DNA of 27,432 nucleotides from Promethearchaeota archaeon. GTDB taxonomy: Archaea > Asgardarchaeota > Lokiarchaeia > Sigyniarchaeales > SOKP01. Shown in pieces: positions 27,119 through 27,432 of this stretch. The notes under the pieces are model-generated. The model worked only from the letters and a program-made list of their open reading frames with translations, was not told the origin of the DNA and did no database searches. Made by a program: the position numbers and the translations under genes. How positions within the stretch are numbered: position 1 is the stretch's first letter; every line of letters begins with the position of its first letter. The stretch is from the NCBI GenBank assembly GCA_048941015.1, contig JBHLNZ010000042.1:1-27432 (forward strand), given 5' to 3'.

Positions 27119-27220
27119 TGGACCTGACGGGAATTGAACCCGTGACCTCTTGAGTGCAATTCTTGTATATCCATCTAGGATGAATAAATGTCAAGCGATC
27201 TTCCACTGATCTACAGGCCC
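27119..27220 (-). tRNA. tRNA-Ala(TGC) with a 30-nt non-canonical 32/33 intron (27160..27189)
   Basis: Acceptor stem GGGCCTG/CAGGTCC with G3:U70; mature anticodon arm CTTGA C^T TGC AC TCAAG; BHB central helix CTTG/CAAG with bulges ACA and AAT. Mature length 72 nt. Confidence 0.92.
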
Positions 27221-27362
27221 GAAAAAACTATTTTATAATTATATAGTAAAGAGATCGATAATTAAAATTCTTTTGTTTTTAATAATTTAAAAGAAGAGAG
27301 TGGCAATTAAGAAAGTAAATTAAGATCCTAAACTATAATTTCTTCCCAGATTTTGTTAAAAA

Positions 27363-27432
<70 letters not shown>

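Overview
Very AT-rich, densely coding chromosomal segment of an Asgard archaeon, most likely Lokiarchaeia. The lineage is inferred from archaeal informational genes (TFB, Rpo12, thermosome, RPA, aIF1, an archaeal 16S 3' end, BHB-intron tRNAs) together with eukaryotic-signature proteins (profilin with a C-terminal extra domain, Rab-like GTPase, tandem roadblock protein, RING-like protein, PAC4-like protein). Housekeeping and metabolic genes include pyrH, proC, pantoate kinase, aroA'-type ADH synthase, mfnB, a hisA/F-related protein, tsr3, a thiI-like protein and ychF. I found five tRNA genes (Leu-CAA, Asn-GTT, Glu-TTC, Leu-TAG, Ala-TGC) carrying five introns in total; tRNA-Asn is split by three non-canonical introns. 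The window ends in the 3' end of a 16S rRNA gene followed by tRNA-Ala but no 23S gene. The ORF track misses Rpo12, aIF1/SUI1, a partial LysA-family gene and a small membrane protein. The most notable observation is that the aIF1 gene, encoding a start-codon fidelity factor, has no usable ATG/GTG/TTG and must start at ATA or ATT, which suggests autoregulation like bacterial infC or eukaryotic eIF1. A second gene (aroA') also appears to start at ATT. No mobile elements or CRISPR arrays were seen.
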